Of a DNA stretch of 64,000 nt, positions 1-13,990 are shown piece by piece (the first letter of the stretch is position 1; each line of letters opens with the position of its first letter). Location: contig NC_045697.1 of assembly GCF_009834535.1 (NCBI RefSeq), forward strand, positions 87,608,001-87,672,000. The letters are read 5' to 3'. Source of the stretch: Camelus ferus (taxonomy: Eukaryota). The notes beneath the pieces were generated by a model. It had not been told where the DNA came from and did no database searches. It saw only the letters and a program-made list of their open reading frames with translations. Position numbers and translations under genes: made by a program.

Positions 1-989
1 AAGCCTTTGTGGGAAAAGTATGGGCTATCTTTTTTTTTTTTTTTTTTCCCCAATTGTAAATGTTCCGCACACAGAGGATAAATACCACAGAATCCACCAC
101 TTTGGAATGACTTGGATTGTGAGTCAATGTCCTTGTTTTCCCTCCTTAAAAATTGTCTTTTCCATTTATATGGGAAACATATGTAGATAGTTCCTCCTTT
201 CTTCTCGTTAAACAATGTGCGTAATGCATTTCAGCTGAGAGTTAAAAAAAGCTCTGGTTCTTTAAACATTTGTATACAATCGCCCAGTGTCCTCCAACAT
301 ATAGATTTTTTCCTCACGATGGTGATCGTTGTCTCTATAGTCAGCACTGTATTGTGTGAGGGGCATTTATTTCGGTACTGCCACACTTGATATTCTTATG
401 GTCTCTTTTAGATTATGTATCTCAAGAGCATTGCTTGCCAAGAGGAACTTGGCTTTGTCAAGTGAAAGATGTTTAAATTTAAGACCAAATACAGATTTTT
501 GACTAGAGATGGCAGAGGAAATGTGTTTGTATCCCAGTTTATTCCTTGAAATAATAAAAAAACAATGGGGCAAAACAAGAAAGAAAGGCTATGTTCAGCG
601 AAACTAGGCACAGGGAAACCACGCAAACCAGACAACAAAGTACAGACGCCAAAAACAGTGAAATCAGGACCAGACCAAGATAGCTCCAGTCTGAGGGTAC
701 GTACGTCTCTGGTCTCCGGCAGTAAGGACGGTGCTTTACAAGTTGGGTGCCCAGTCCTGAAAGGGCCACCCAAGGATTTATCCCTGGACTGACAGAATCT
801 GGGGTTTGTATTGGCTGCAGGCAGGTCATTGAATTCAGATTTACACGTCAAAGAGGAGCAGGGTCAGGATATAAACAGAATTATCAGACACACCATTTTA
901 TCACAAGCAGGCTGACCACTAGGAAGAGGGAAGATGTTAGAAGGCCAACAGGGTTTTTAGGAAATCACAGGCAGCCGAAGGCTTCTACA

Positions 990-1790
990 GTCTGCTGGAG
1001 CCAGCTCGTGTTTGCTCTCTAGAGCCAATTAGTAAATTTTTGAAATTTTGCAAGTCGATTGTTAAACATAGTCATTATTTAAAATTAAATTATAAAGGTA
1101 TAATAAATTATATTAAAAAGGTAATGAGTACTCAAAAGTCATCAAGGAACCTACTATGTTTCCTATTATCTATGTTCTTCTGGTTATTCACATCGATTGG
1201 ATCTGACTGGTGAGAATATTATATAGAAGTGCCCTACTGTGCTTTTTCTCCCAACCCTGTAGTCAGAGAGATCATGTTAGTAGTTTGAAATCAGCCATGG
1301 TGAGAGTGTTTATACCATAAAAACCTGCAAATGCTACAAATCAGCCCTTGATCTATGGGTTTGTTTATTATTTAGACTTAAAATGATGGAAACATGTTAA
1401 TCATGCTGATTCAAATTAACAGTGTCATGTCTGTAGCACAAAAAATTGAGCAAGTATTCTCCTAGTGTATGAATCTATTATCTGGTTCAGCAAATAAGTT
1501 GCTCAAGTCACTGGCAAAAGGGTGACGTTCCCAGATGTGAGTCTTTGCCGTTTCACTTTCATCTGATGCAACAAACGAAAAAAGCATCCAGCATTCATGC
1601 TGAACCACACTTGTCTGTTGTCACCACCACAGGTTGGGTACAAGTTTGGCAAAAACTCAATGAAAGCATTCTGGGAGAATTGGCTACCTGCACTTTACAA
1701 TAATTTTATTATTATTATTTTATAAATTGTGTGCTATAATCCTTTATATAGTAAAACTTAAAATAAGCTTCTGTACATGTATATAAAATG
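990..1790 (+). mobile_element. MER63-family hAT-Blackjack DNA transposon fragment
   Basis: Begins tgctggagccagctcgtg...gattgttaaacatagtcattatttaaaattaaattat and contains gaaatcagccatggtgagag, gcaaatgctacaaatcag and aattgtgtgcta. Collinear with the recalled long MER63 (C/D) consensus. Confidence 0.75.
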
Positions 1791-2170
1791 CAAGTATGTA
1801 GAAATGTGTGTGTACATACACATGCGTACATCATTTTTAGGGTCAGTTAAGTATCCACAGATGCTTTGCATTGTCCCAGCAAGATGTCCTCCCTCTGTGT
1901 TGAGGGATGGGGACAGAAGAAATGGAGGTTTAGCAACATGAAAACAGGGAGCAGTAAACGGAGACACAGCAAAGCTTCAGAATTAATGAGAAAGTACTTT
2001 GAGATAATACATTTGAATTCAAGATACTTGTAGTCCCAGTTTTCCTCCCTGGCTTCTCTTCTCCCACACTGGTCAGTCTTAGCTGGTCCTGAAAAAACTA
2101 TCATTTGTCATTTGGAGATACCATTTTCTGAAAAGAATGAGCATGAGATCTAGGCACAGATATTCAAGAC

Positions 2171-2193
2171 AAAAAAAAAAAAAAAAAAAAAAA
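2171..2193. repeat. poly(A) run, 23 nt
   Basis: Direct reading. No flanking TSD found. Confidence 0.9.
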
Positions 2194-2603
2194 GCGATAG
2201 CTAATTTATGTAACATGGCATGCAGAAAGTGCTCAACAAGTTAATACTGTGATTACTGTTATCCTTTAAGGTAGATGATTAATTCACATCGGAATAAGGA
2301 TTATGCCCACAAGCAGAAAAACCATTTCAAACATACAGTTCTCCACATTATCAGACTAAAAACAATATTACTTTGGTGAAATGAGAGGTCACAGAAGAAA
2401 AACAGTGAATCGAAGAAGAAAAAGTTCTGAGGAAAAGAAACTATTCTCAGAGAATTTGAGAATTTTGGACCAAGCCAAGCTGTCTGAGTATACAGGACAC
2501 AGACAGATCATCTCAGTGATGAATGAATGCAAGGAACAGAATACTTATGTGTCTTTCTTTGAAAATGTACATGATAGTGAAAACTAAACTATATATATTT
2601 AGT

Positions 2604-2635
<32 letters not shown>

Positions 2636-2679
2636 AATTCCTTAATCTGAAATCAGTGAAGATAGTCTTATTTCTAATG

Positions 2680-3620
2680 CTCTTGGATATTAAAATCAAA
2701 TAGACAAACATATATCTGGGCACAAATAAAGCCTCAATAAATGCTATAAAGTAAAAAGAGTGCATAATATAGAAATACCATAGTTCACTGAAACTAGAAA
2801 TTTATTACAAAAATAAAATAACAAAATCCCACTCTTCTAGAATTAAAAGTAACACTAACAACAAAATAACTCTCAATTTTTAGGTCAAAGAGAAAAATCA
2901 GAACTGAAGTCACAGAGCATGCAGAAAATAACAATAATGAAAACACTACACGAGAGAACTTGGGTTATTAAGCTGAAGCCATGCTCAGTAGAAAATTCAC
3001 GGCCTTGAGCACAAATGAAGAAAAAATCTTTTAACAGAATAAGTTAGGAAAAGACCAGCAAAACCATCTTACAAAAGCAGAAGTAAAGGTTTGATTAAAA
3101 TAATAGCAACAATTAATAAATTAGAATATGTAACTAATATGTAAATGAATCCCAGTAACACAGAAAAAAAAAATCACTAGTAACCTAATTAAAAAGAAAA
3201 AGGAGATCTTGCAAACACACAAAATTAGAAACCAAAGGAAAAATAACCAGATGCAGAGGAAATTGTTAGAAATGACTCAGGCTTTTTTTTTTTTTTTTTT
3301 TTTTTTATAAATACATTTGAAAACTTGGATACATGGATGATTTTAAAAGTACATATGACCAAATTTGATACCAGATGAAAGGGCAAACTCAAGCAAAACA
3401 ATTACAAGGAAGAAAATGAAAAAAAAATTTATGAAAGTGCTATCCTTTTTAAAAAAGGTCAAGGCTCATAGTATTTTAAATGTGAAATCTTTGCAACCTT
3501 GGGAAAACATATGAAAGCTCCCTTACACTGTTTGGAGCTGAGTAGAAAAATGCTTCCGTTTTATTTTTACAAAACTACCACCCTTTGAAACAAAATCCTG
3601 AAAAAAGGAGATATCACACC
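2680..3620 (+). mobile_element. Ancient, highly decayed L1 ORF2 fragment (after the endonuclease region)
   Basis: A-rich sequence with L1-like motifs ggtcaaagagaaaaatcagaactgaa, aatgaaaacactaca and aaatacatttgaaaacttggatacatggatga. Confidence 0.6.
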
Positions 3621-3659
3621 TAGCTTAGTACGCTAGAAATGACCCAATGTAAAGTTAAA

Positions 3660-3930
3660 TGACAGTGGAATATTACATAGCCATTAAAAGGGAAATGTAT
3701 AGCTATGTTTATGTGGCCATGGAAAGATCTTCAAATATAGTATTAAAAAAGGAAGATTCAGAACAATGTGTATAATGTGTCCATTTGAGTAAAAGTGTGC
3801 ATAGATTTATGATGGAACATTTGATGAAGAAATTGTTGATGGTGCTAAGCGTCACTTGGAGTGGGAGAAACTATCAGTTTTCATTGTATCATTGTATACT
3901 TTTTTTTTACTTTATTATTTTAATTTAAAT
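3660..3930 (+). mobile_element. L1ME-type 3' end fragment
   Basis: gtggaatattacatagccattaaaa...atggaaagatcttcaa...cagaacaatgtgtataatg resembles the end of ORF2 and 3' UTR of old L1ME. Confidence 0.55.
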
Positions 3931-5759
3931 CATTCATCTTATCCTTAACAACAAAGTAGAATTTGCGTAGTCAGTGAATTGCCTGACTACTATTCTTAAA
4001 TTACACATCTGGCCTAGAATTACAGACATGACACTTACTTTAACCAGTGTGTTCTCACAAGATAGCATATCAAATAAGACTTTTCCCTTTCATTCTTAAT
4101 CAGTTGGAATTTCCAAGTGGAATCCCTGCTTTGTAATCCATGGAAAACTTGACCTTTCAACCAGGTCATGAGATTTTAAGCACACTGACCAGTTTGATCA
4201 GAAACGTCCATTACTTTAGAGGGGTATTAGACATTTCATTTTCATTACATATTTCCAGTTTTCTTTTTAGCTACTTAAAGAGAGTTCTGTATTATACTGT
4301 ACTCTAGAACAAAACAGCATCAAGAGATCCTGCTCTTTTTTTTCCCTTAATAAGTTAAGATTCTTGACCTTCCTCTAACATTTAAATAACACAAAGTTTC
4401 TGAAAATCTTAGTTATCTGGCAACTATATAGTTTATGTTAACCTTTTAGACTGGTGCGTTTGTTCAGTCTGATGGGTTCTCAATGAAATGCATCAGGGGA
4501 AACTTATAGAGGAGGTCCAGTTCTTCTACAGGAAACCGTGGAAGCAGATGCCGTGGGCTAATAATGGCATCTTTAGGGAGATGGTTTTGCTTTTCATGAA
4601 GAAAGAATGTTGTGAATTGTTCTATGAGAATTTCAGTGTCTCCAGTGTCCCAGGTTCCCAGGTGATGTACTACGAATTGTTAGATTAAATGGTGTACAAG
4701 CAACAGGAATTTTAGTAGACTGAAATCAGCAAAGGCCAAGATGTTATTGTAAAAGTCTTAGGTCGATGGCAAAGTTTTGTTCTCAGTTAAGGATTTTGGA
4801 TTCACATGTTGCCAAGGTGGTCCTAGACCTCATGCCTGTTTTGGTGTATTTTCAAAGGAAGATTTGGATATATGGTGTCTGGATATTAAAAATTTTCCTA
4901 CCTTGCTATATTTATCAAGCTGACACCAGCTCTTGAACTCATATATTATTTTCGGGGAGAGTGACTGACTATGGGCGCATTTATGAAAGTGGTAAGAAAA
5001 ATGGAGGCGTCCTCTTAGTTTCAGTGTAGGGATGCTTCCCAGGTCCAGGGCTCTTTCCCAGCATTCTTGAGCCCCGGCTAATGAAGTGCTAATGGGGTGT
5101 TAGCACTGGCTACTGGACAAAGGCACCTGAAAGACAGGAGAGTAAACACTCTTTGAAGTGGTGCCTAGTCCTTTGAAAGTGTGCTTCTACCAGGAAGATA
5201 AGCACTTTTCCTGTCTTAGAGATCCTTGATTTGATATCCTACATCCTGTGGTATAGATACATTTTCTCTTTGCAGGTGGTACTTAGGGAAGAAACTGCAT
5301 TAGAGAGTTGGTTCCAGGGCTTGGCTGTCTTATGTTTGATCTGGCTAACAGTGCCTCAAATAGGACACCTCTAAATAATTGTTAACTGGTTTAGGTGACT
5401 TTTCTTATTCCCCACCCCCAGGAGACAAACAAAAATATAAAGTAGGTCAAACCCGGGGAAAATAACCCGAAATGCCACTCTACACTCTTTTCCTCTTTGA
5501 CTTCTCCTCACTCTCCTTTTCTGTCTTCAGTACCCTAATTAAATAAGGTCAGAGCTGTCTCTTACTGGCCTTTCTATCCCCAGTTCCCAGAATAACAGTT
5601 TCTAAACTATAAGTACTGAATCTATTAGCACACATGAATGAATTGGTTTATTACATGGACTAAAACCCTGAAGAAGATGCTCAACTGCATGATTCTTAAA
5701 CCTAAAAAGGTTCTCAGCAGAAAACCATATATAGGACAATACAATGCTTTTTAACTTTT

Positions 5760-7320
5760 AAGTATTTAGATCTTGTACGTATTTTGTTAGGTTTATTCCT
5801 ATACATTTCATTTTGGGGGAGGGCGGGCAATTTTCAAACTTCATTGCTCATTGCCAAGGTATAAGAAAGTGATTGACTTTAGTATATTAACCTTGTGTCC
5901 TGAAAACTTTCTGTAATTGCTTATTAGTTCCAGGAGTCTTTCTGTCAATTCTTTCAGACCTTTCAGGAACAATCATGTATCTGAGAACAAAGACAGTTAA
6001 ATTCTTTCTTCCTAATCAGTACATTTTTAATTTCCTCTTGTCTTATTTCATTAGCTATAACTTCCAGTATAAATGATGAAAGCAGTAGCAAGAGCGGATA
6101 TCCTTGCCTTATTCCTGATCACAGTGGGAAGCTTCTAGTTTCTCTGTTAAATATGATGTTAGCGGTAGGTTTTTTTATAGATGCTTTTTGTAACAAGTTG
6201 AGGACATTCCCTTCCATTCATAAGTTTACTGAGAGCTTTTATCATGAATGGCTGTTGGGTTTTGTCAAATGCTCCATCTATTGATTGGATTATGTGACTT
6301 TTCTATTTTAGCTTGTTGATATGATAAATTACATTAATTGAATTTTGAATGTTGAATCAGCTTTACATACCTGGGATAAATCCCAGGTGGTCACAGTATA
6401 TAATTGTTTTTATACATTGTCGGATTCAATTTGCTAGTATTTGTTGAAGATTTTTGTATCTATGTTCATAAGAGATATACTGATCTGAGGTTTTCTTGCA
6501 ATGTCTTTGTTTTTGGTATTAAGGTAATGCTGATCTCATAAAATGAGTTAGGAAGTATTCCCTTTGCTTGCTTTTTCCTGTAAGAGATAGTGTAGAGGAT
6601 TGGTATAATTTCTTCCTTATCTGTTTGGTAGAATTCACCATTTGGGCCTGGTACTTTCTCTTTTGGAAGGTTATTAATTATTGATTCAACTTCTTTACTG
6701 GATACAGGCCTATTCAGTTTGTCTGTTTCTTCTTATGTGAGTTCAGCAGATTATGTCTTTCAAGGAATTGATGTGTTCCATCTACATTATCAGATTTGTA
6801 GGCATAGAGTTGTTCATGGTATTCCTTTATCCTTTCAATATCCTTGGTATCTGTAGTGACACATCCTTTTTCATTTTGGTATTGGTAATTTTTATTTTCT
6901 CTCTTTTTTCTTAGTTATTCTGATTAGAGGCTCATCGATTTTACTGAATTTTTATAAGAGCCAGTTTTTGGTTTCACTGATTTCTTCTATTGATTTCCTA
7001 TTTTCAATTTCATTGATTTCAGCTTGAATTTTTATTGTTTCATTTTTTCTGCTTAATTTAATTTGCTTTTCTTTTTTTAGTTTCCCAAAGTGGAAACTTA
7101 GTTTATTGATTTTAGATCTTCCTTCTTTTCTTCAGTTTCCCTCTGAGCACTGTTTTCACTACATCCTACAAATTTCGATAAGTTGTATTTTCATTTTCAT
7201 TTAGTTAAAACTATTTTTCAATTTCTCTTGAGATTTCTTCTTTGACCCATGTGTTATTTAGGTGTGTGTTGTTTATTCTCCAAGTATTTTGGGACTTTCC
7301 AGCTACGTTTCTGTTGAATG
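5760..7320 (-). mobile_element. Old L1 (L1MB/L1MC-like) ORF2 reverse-transcriptase region, antisense
   Basis: T-rich with typical antisense L1 motifs ccttgccttattcctgatc, gttgaggacattcccttc, ggtagaattcacca and tttgacccatgtgttatttag. Confidence 0.85.
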
Positions 7321-7394
7321 TTTTTAGTCTAAGCTAAAATCAATCTGGATTGTTTTCTCTACTTCTCCCATGTACCTTTGTGTGGGGAGCAGAA

Positions 7395-8160
7395 ATGTTG
7401 CCATAAATTTTTCCAGGTATCTGCTGGGTGAATCCATTTGAATGATCCATGGGTACCTCATAGTTAACAAGCTTCAGTCAACTTATTTTCTTCCTCCTCC
7501 AACAGTTCCACCTCTCTTATGCTCAGTGTATACCTTACTAGCAATTCTGCACTGCCTTCTCTCCAAGTCAGAAACCAGGAGGTCCTCCTGGATTTTTCTT
7601 AGTCTTTCAGCCTCACACATGCAATTGGCAATCAAGATTTCTCGATTAAACATCTGAAGCATTTCTCCATCCCTTTCTCTCAATTCCAATTTTCACTCAT
7701 TTCAAATCTCCCTCATCTCTTACTTGAACTACTGGAATAGTCTCCTCAGCCATCTTCCTGCTTTTAGCTTTATTTCTCCCATTCATCTTGCACTGATTTG
7801 TGAGAGTAATTGCATACATATGTAATTAATACATTAATTAGAACATTAAATTATATGTTTGTGGTATTAAATATAGAGAACATAAATATCCATTCACTTT
7901 ATATGTGTGTACATATAAATATAGTATACATAAGTATATACATTCATTTTGTTTAAACTTCTTCAGTAGCTTAAATTTCTTCCTCATGCCTGGAGGATAA
8001 AGTATAAATCCCTTTACAGAGCATATTTAACTCTTCTAACTGGACTCTGTAAACTCTGGCTCTTGCCTTTATTCCAAGAAATTTAGTACTGTTCTGTAGG
8101 AAAATGGAAAGCAGACTTCTAGATGCTCTTCAGAGTCACCTTCCTGTGAGGTCTCCCTGG
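7395..8160 (+). mobile_element. L2 LINE fragment (upstream part, interrupted by L1)
   Basis: agtcagaaaccaggaggtcctcctgga...ctcatctcttacttgaactactggaatagtctcctc matches the L2 ORF2 3' region. Confidence 0.6.
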
Positions 8161-8189
8161 AATATTTCTCTCTCCCCCTCCTCCATTTA

Positions 8190-8942
8190 TCATCTTATTT
8201 ATTTATTTTTTATTGAAGTATAGTCAGTTTACAATATGTCCATCTCTGGTGTACAGCATAGTGTTTCAGTCATACATATATATACATATATTCCTTTTCA
8301 TATTCTTTTTCATTATAGGTTACTACAAGATACTGAATATAGTTCCCTGTGCTATATATAGTAGGACCTTGTTTATCTAGCTTATATATAGTAGGTAGTA
8401 TCTGCAAAATTCAAACTCCCAATTTATCCCTTCACACCCTCTTCCCCCAGTAGCTGTAAGTTTGCTTTCTATGTCTGTGAATCTGTTTCTGTTTTGTTTA
8501 TTGACATCATTTTTTAAGATTCCATATATAAGTGAAATCATATGATATATGTCTATCTCTGTCTGACTTATGTCACTTAATATGATAATCTCTAGGTTGA
8601 TCCACGTGGCTGCAAATGGCATTATTTCACTCTTTTTTTGTGGCTGAGTAGTATTCCATAGTGTATATATACCACATCTTCTTTATCCAGTCATCTGTCA
8701 ATGGACATTTAGGTTGCTTCCATGTCTTGATTGTTGCATTATTATATAGTAATGTTATGAACAATGAGGTGCATGTATCTTTTCAAATTAGAATTTTCTC
8801 TGGATATATGTCCAGGAGTGGGATTGCTGGATCATATGGTAAGTCTACTTTTAGTTTTTTAAGGAACTCCATGCTGTTTTCCATAATGGCTGCATCAAGC
8901 TACATTCCCACCAACAGTGTAGGAGGGTTCCATTCCCTTCTT
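8190..8942 (-). mobile_element. Lineage-specific 5'-truncated L1 (ORF2 C-terminus + 3' UTR) with 14-bp TSD
   Basis: ORF 8377-8622 (MPFAATWINLEIIILS) is L1-derived. T-tail near 8196-8211. The TSD ccctcctccattta occurs at 8176-8189 and 8943-8956. Confidence 0.92.
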
Positions 8943-8959
8943 CCCTCCTCCATTTAAAT

Positions 8960-9160
8960 GCCTCCTCCCTTGTTTGTCTGCAGTTCCTTTCCCTACATCT
9001 TCAATACCTCTCTCATTCTGTGTCACTAGTTACGGGTGGGCCCCTCCCTCGTGAGCTCCTTAAAAGTAAGGATGGTATTTTGCTTCTCTTTGTATCTCTT
9101 AGCCCAGAGCCTTGCCGGTAGTGGGTATTTAGCAAATGTTTGTTGAGGGAAGGTTGAATG
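8960..9160 (+). mobile_element. L2 3' end (continuation after the L1 insertion)
   Basis: gtgagctccttaaaagtaagga...ctttgtatctc...agcaaatgtttgttga is the L2 terminal motif. Confidence 0.6.
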
Positions 9161-9659
9161 CGGTGAAGCTCTTTAAAAATAGGGTGAAGGTCTTATCATG
9201 GCCTCATTAAACCCGAGCCAAAGGAGCTTTGTCTGAAGGGAGAGTGGCACCAATTTATAAGAGTAGCTTGTTACAATTAGAGTGGAAGTAAGCTAGAGAG
9301 GAGGTCCAGGCTCATCCAGGTCCCTGGGGACACATAGTTTATGCCTTTCAGTGACCATTATTTAAAACCTGATTTCTATAAATCTTTATTATATTTCTCA
9401 GGAATTTCCCCCAGAGCTAGAAACACTTAGGTATTGTTAGACCAATCCTTATTCCAAAGAAGAATGCCAGTTTGTATTCTGGTTGTTTGGAATTGTGGTC
9501 CCTCTTTACTTCATTCAATATTTTTGTGCTTTTTGATCTTTCAGTTAGCCGAATCTCAAAATATCAATGAAACCTTTCCTTGGCAATGTCAGCTCTCTTC
9601 CTGACCCTCCCATCACCTCTGCCTTTCATCTTCGCCCTGGTTGGTACTTTCGTAGCATT

Positions 9660-9810
9660 TCCTGGTATAAGGTGTATGTAGGCCTGTCTCCACTTCCTCT
9701 AGACTGAGTTCCCAGAGGACAGTCACATTGTCATTTCATGAGTTTTCTCCTGCAAGGCCTAGTAAAGTGACCAGCGTAATATAGATGCTCAGTAAGTACT
9801 GGGTAAATAT
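9660..9810 (+). mobile_element. L2 3' end fragment
   Basis: ctagactgagttcccagaggacag...atagatgctcagtaagtac. Confidence 0.5.
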
Positions 9811-11679
9811 AAAATTTAATAATGACAGTGGCCTAACAAAGTCTTTCTAGATGGACACATAGTGACTTCAGAAGCAATTAAGAGATATTCTTGTTTGAAA
9901 AGATTGGAGTGGGTGATTTTGTGGTAGACATTATATCATCTAAAGACTTAATTTCCTATGGCAACTAATGCGGGGTTAAGAGGACACTCTGTGCAGCTCA
10001 GCAATTTGAGGGAAGCCACAGCTGGAAAGGGGAAAGGAACCAGTGTTGGAGGGGGCAGTGGAACAAAATAGGAAATCCTCAAAGGTGGCTGTCCACTTGT
10101 ACTCCGGGGAAGAGTGGGCGATGGTGGGGGCGGGGAGAAAGGCTACTGTGGCAAAGAACTCAACTCCTTAGTGCTCACAGAGCAGGTATGGCATCTGCGT
10201 CTGTGTGGGAAGGGTAGTTCCTGTTAAAAATAGAGGAGAACTTTTTTTTTTTTTTTTTAAGTTCAAGCACTTTAAAAGCATCTGTGGGAAGTTTTAATCA
10301 TAGGGTGGTTCTTTCTTTTCTGGAAGAAGAAAAAGACATTTCAATTTTAAACTCAGGGGTTTGAAATGATTGTGCCATTTCAGCTCGAGTAGAGAGTGTC
10401 AACAATTGGATGTGTTTTCATTGGGGAAAGTATGACTTGAAGATGTAACATTTTAAATTAAGAAAAGCAAGTAATTTCTGTTGTGGGTTTTCTTCCTCCA
10501 CAGGAATACTTAGAACTTAGCTGCATTTAGAAATAAAAAGTAAAAATGTCAAGCATCATATTTACCACCATTTTAGAAATAGAAATCTTATTATGTGGGC
10601 TGAGTTTCTTAATATGGTGAAGATATACTGAAAAGAGAACAAAGGTGTCCCATAGGAGATAAACCTTGCTTAGAGGTATCGTGAAAGATCTGCCTACAAG
10701 TTTTTAAAAATATTTGTGCTTTGATTATGAGAGTTATTAGATAAAAAGAGGCCCTGACAACATCATAAGGTCATTGATTTCCAGTTCAGTGCCTTATTTA
10801 TCACGAAAACATCCTCTATTGTACTTCAGCCATTTGACAAAGACTACTGAATGAATTTTAAGATTTTTTATCTCATCAGCCACCAACAAGAATTAATAAT
10901 TATAATAAAGGTATTATTCATTAAAAGGATTAATGTAGACATTAGAAGTGTAAAAATAATGATTTAGAGACTTTTCTTCTTACAGTCAACATTATTCCAT
11001 GTTTGAGTTAAACCATAGTTTGTATAATACAACAATATTCAGGGCAGTGTCTTTTCATAGAGAAGTCAGACCAATAGCCACATTAACTCTGCCCAGATGT
11101 AATTACCATTCAGCACCATGAAGCTGTAGCGGTTATTAACTTTGAATAAAAAGCATTGACTAAATAAACTCCTGGTCAAAGTAATTGGCTACTCTCTTTC
11201 TTTAGCTAATTGAAAAATAGAGCTAATTAGAAGTTTAAGACCTTCTCCAAAGTGATTTTTCCACTTGCTCTGCTGTGACTTAAGGCAAATTCCTTTCTTT
11301 TGTAGCCAGACCTCACGTGCATGTCATTATGTTTTTTTTTAGATGGAAGGATATGTTTATGCACATAAAGTAGGGCATATTGTTTGTAGCTTCTTTCTAG
11401 ATGTGCAAAATTGTTTTCTCCCTGCAGAATTTGGTTTTTTATTGGTAACAGGTTATTTATGCTTCGTAACCGATGGTACTAGGCTTGGAGCATGGTGGAA
11501 GACAGCACCAATGTCAGTGTAGTTTTAACAAAGCCATTCTGAGGAGAATTAAAGCTAGCTTTTTTTTCTTTTTTCATGACATATTTGTCCAGGGAAGCCT
11601 TTGGGGTTATTACTTTGGGTTGCATTGCTTCAATAAATGCCTGGAGTTTCTCTCTTTGGTAGAGCAGCCCCTTTCCGAA

Positions 11680-11900
11680 ACTCAGCAGGCCTGGATTCTG
11701 ACCCTTGGGTTCCAATTCGGGTCCTGCCATTTATTACCTGCCTGACTTTCGTGCAGCAATTCTGCTGCTCAGCCTTTCCAAGCCTTAATTTTCTCATTTG
11801 TAAAATGGGGGAATTAGTAGTAGGGCTGTTTGCAGACTTAATGAGATACAGTTAAGGCCCTTAGCAGGGTCCCCAGAGTAGCGCATTGTAACACTCACTA
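11680..11900 (+). mobile_element. MIR SINE
   Basis: tgggttccaattcgggtcctgccattta...ccttaattttctcatttgtaaaatgggg is the MIR core. Confidence 0.7.
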
Positions 11901-12740
11901 AAGATCCTGCAGTATTATAGCTGGAGTTTGTATTTCTTCTTCTTTTAGTTTTCTCAGATCAACACTGTCACTCACCTTTTCCAAATAGATTGTTTTTCCT
12001 CTTCTGGTTAATTTATTTTTTATGTGTGGATATAGAGCATAGCCTATAAAATAGAAGGACTGATTTCCATGTGAGGATTTCGGAATCGGTCTCACGATAA
12101 TTACACCTCCTACAATATGTATAGCAATCACTTCTTTAAGCATCAGAACACTATTTGATGTGTGGAACAAACCTAGGAATGCTCTCTTACCATGACCTGT
12201 ATGTTCACCCACGTGTTTCTGGATCTTCATCCTCTCATACTTGCAGATCTGACACATTCCTCTGCATGCACCTGCTCCTTTACTCCTACTACATTTCCTT
12301 TTTCTGCTTTCTAGCTATTGATACATCCCCTCACCTTGCCTTGTAGTAGAATTGACATTTCTTCCAATATTGCTTCTCTGTGATGCTCATTAACTTTTCT
12401 TCTGTGTCCTAAATACCCTGTGTTCAATCCAATGAGCTGAAAGGGAGCAGAGTTAATATTAATCCAGGTATGGCAGCAGGGAGAGAAGGAACAGGGGGGG
12501 GTCTCTCTCCACCCCCTCACCCCCCCACCACTTTCTGAGGTGGTGGGTTCATGACTGTCCTGTGTGCTGGCAACAACAAGGGAGGGACAGTGAAGGGACT
12601 GGAGCAGTTTTGTTTTCCAGGTGCTTCCCAGCACCCACTCGATGACACCTAAGCTCCTCAGTGTGACTCACATGTTCTCTGAGGCCCAGGCCCTTGTAGC
12701 CTCTTTAGCATTAAATTAAAAAATTTATATTCTGGCTTTC

Positions 12741-13551
12741 TTTTTTTTGCAGGGATGTATTCTTTATTTGTTTTTTTATTAAAGTATAGTTGATTTGCAA
12801 TGTTTTGTTAGTTTCTGGTATATAGCATAGTGATTCAGTTATACATACATATAGATATTCTTTTTCAGATTCTTTTCCATTATAGGTTAAGGCAAGATAT
12901 TAAATGTAGTTCCCTGTGTTATACATTAGGACCTTGTTATATATAGTAGTTTGTATTTGCTAATCCCAAACTCCTAATTTATCCCTCTCCCCTCCTCCCT
13001 TTTGGTAGGTATAAGTTTCCTTTCTATGTCTGTGAGTCTGTTTCTGTTTTGTAAATAAGTTCATTTGTATCATTTTTTTTTTAGATTCCATATGTAAGTG
13101 ATATTGTATGATATTTGTCTTTCTCTGTCTGATTTACTTCACTTAAGATGATAATCTCTAGTTCCATCCATATTGCTGCAAGTGGCATTATTTTATTCTT
13201 CTTTATGGCTGAGTAGTATTCCATTGGATAAATACACCACCTCTTCTTTATCCAGTCGGCTGTCAATGGACATTTAGGTTGTTTCCATGTCTTGGCTATT
13301 GTAAATAGTGCTGCTGTGAACATTGCGGTGCATGCATCTTTTCGAATTAAGAGTTTTCTCCAGTTTTCCCCAGGAGTAGGATTGCTGGATCATATGGTAA
13401 ATCTATTTTTTAGTTTCTTAAGGAACCTCCATCCTGTTCTCCATAGTGGCTGCACCAATTTACATTCCGACCAACAGCATAGGAGGGTTCCCTTTTTTCC
13501 ACATTCTCTTCAGTATTTATTATTTGTAGACTTTTTAATAATGGCCATTCT
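12741..13551 (-). mobile_element. Lineage-specific 5'-truncated L1 (ORF2 C-terminus + 3' UTR)
   Basis: ORF 13081-13323 ([27 protein letters not shown]...) is the ORF2p C-terminus. T-tail on the left. Confidence 0.92.
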
Positions 13552-13589
13552 GATACTCCGGTATATTTTTAAATTGATAGCCTGGCTAC

Positions 13590-13990
13590 TAAATGATACT
13601 AAATGGCTTGCAGTTGCCTGAACATCCCACCCTACTTTGGAAGTTATGTGTCTTTGCTCACAGTCTTTGGTAACTTGGAACGTTCCTCTGCTCATCTTCA
13701 CTTTGCCATGGCACGTTTTCATCCTATCCTTCAAAACTCAGCCCAGGGATTGTCTCCTCCGGGGAGCCTTCTGGGAGAGAACTTCCCTTCGTCATACTGG
13801 ACAAAGTGCTGCCTTTGGCTTGGATGCCACTGCACACTGAAGTAGCTCTGTCATTATGCTCTCCCTTAACTTTGGAATGATCTGTCCACAGGTCTGTTTT
13901 CTTTGCTGGACTTAAGTTCCATGACAGGAGGGACCAGACAGTGAATACTGCCACCCCATAGTGTAGCACAGGGCATGGTGCAGGGTGTGC
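13590..13990 (+). mobile_element. L2 3' region (host of the adjacent L1)
   Basis: ctatccttcaaaactcagcccaggg...tcctccggggagccttc...taagttccatgacagg...tagcacagggcatggtgca. Confidence 0.6.

Noticed and set aside
2171..2193. Isolated poly(A)/(T) runs (also 29-46, 3283-3307, 10243-10258, 18464-18480) as retrocopy tails
   Set aside because: No matching TSD or processed-gene body was found for any of them, unlike the run at 39379.
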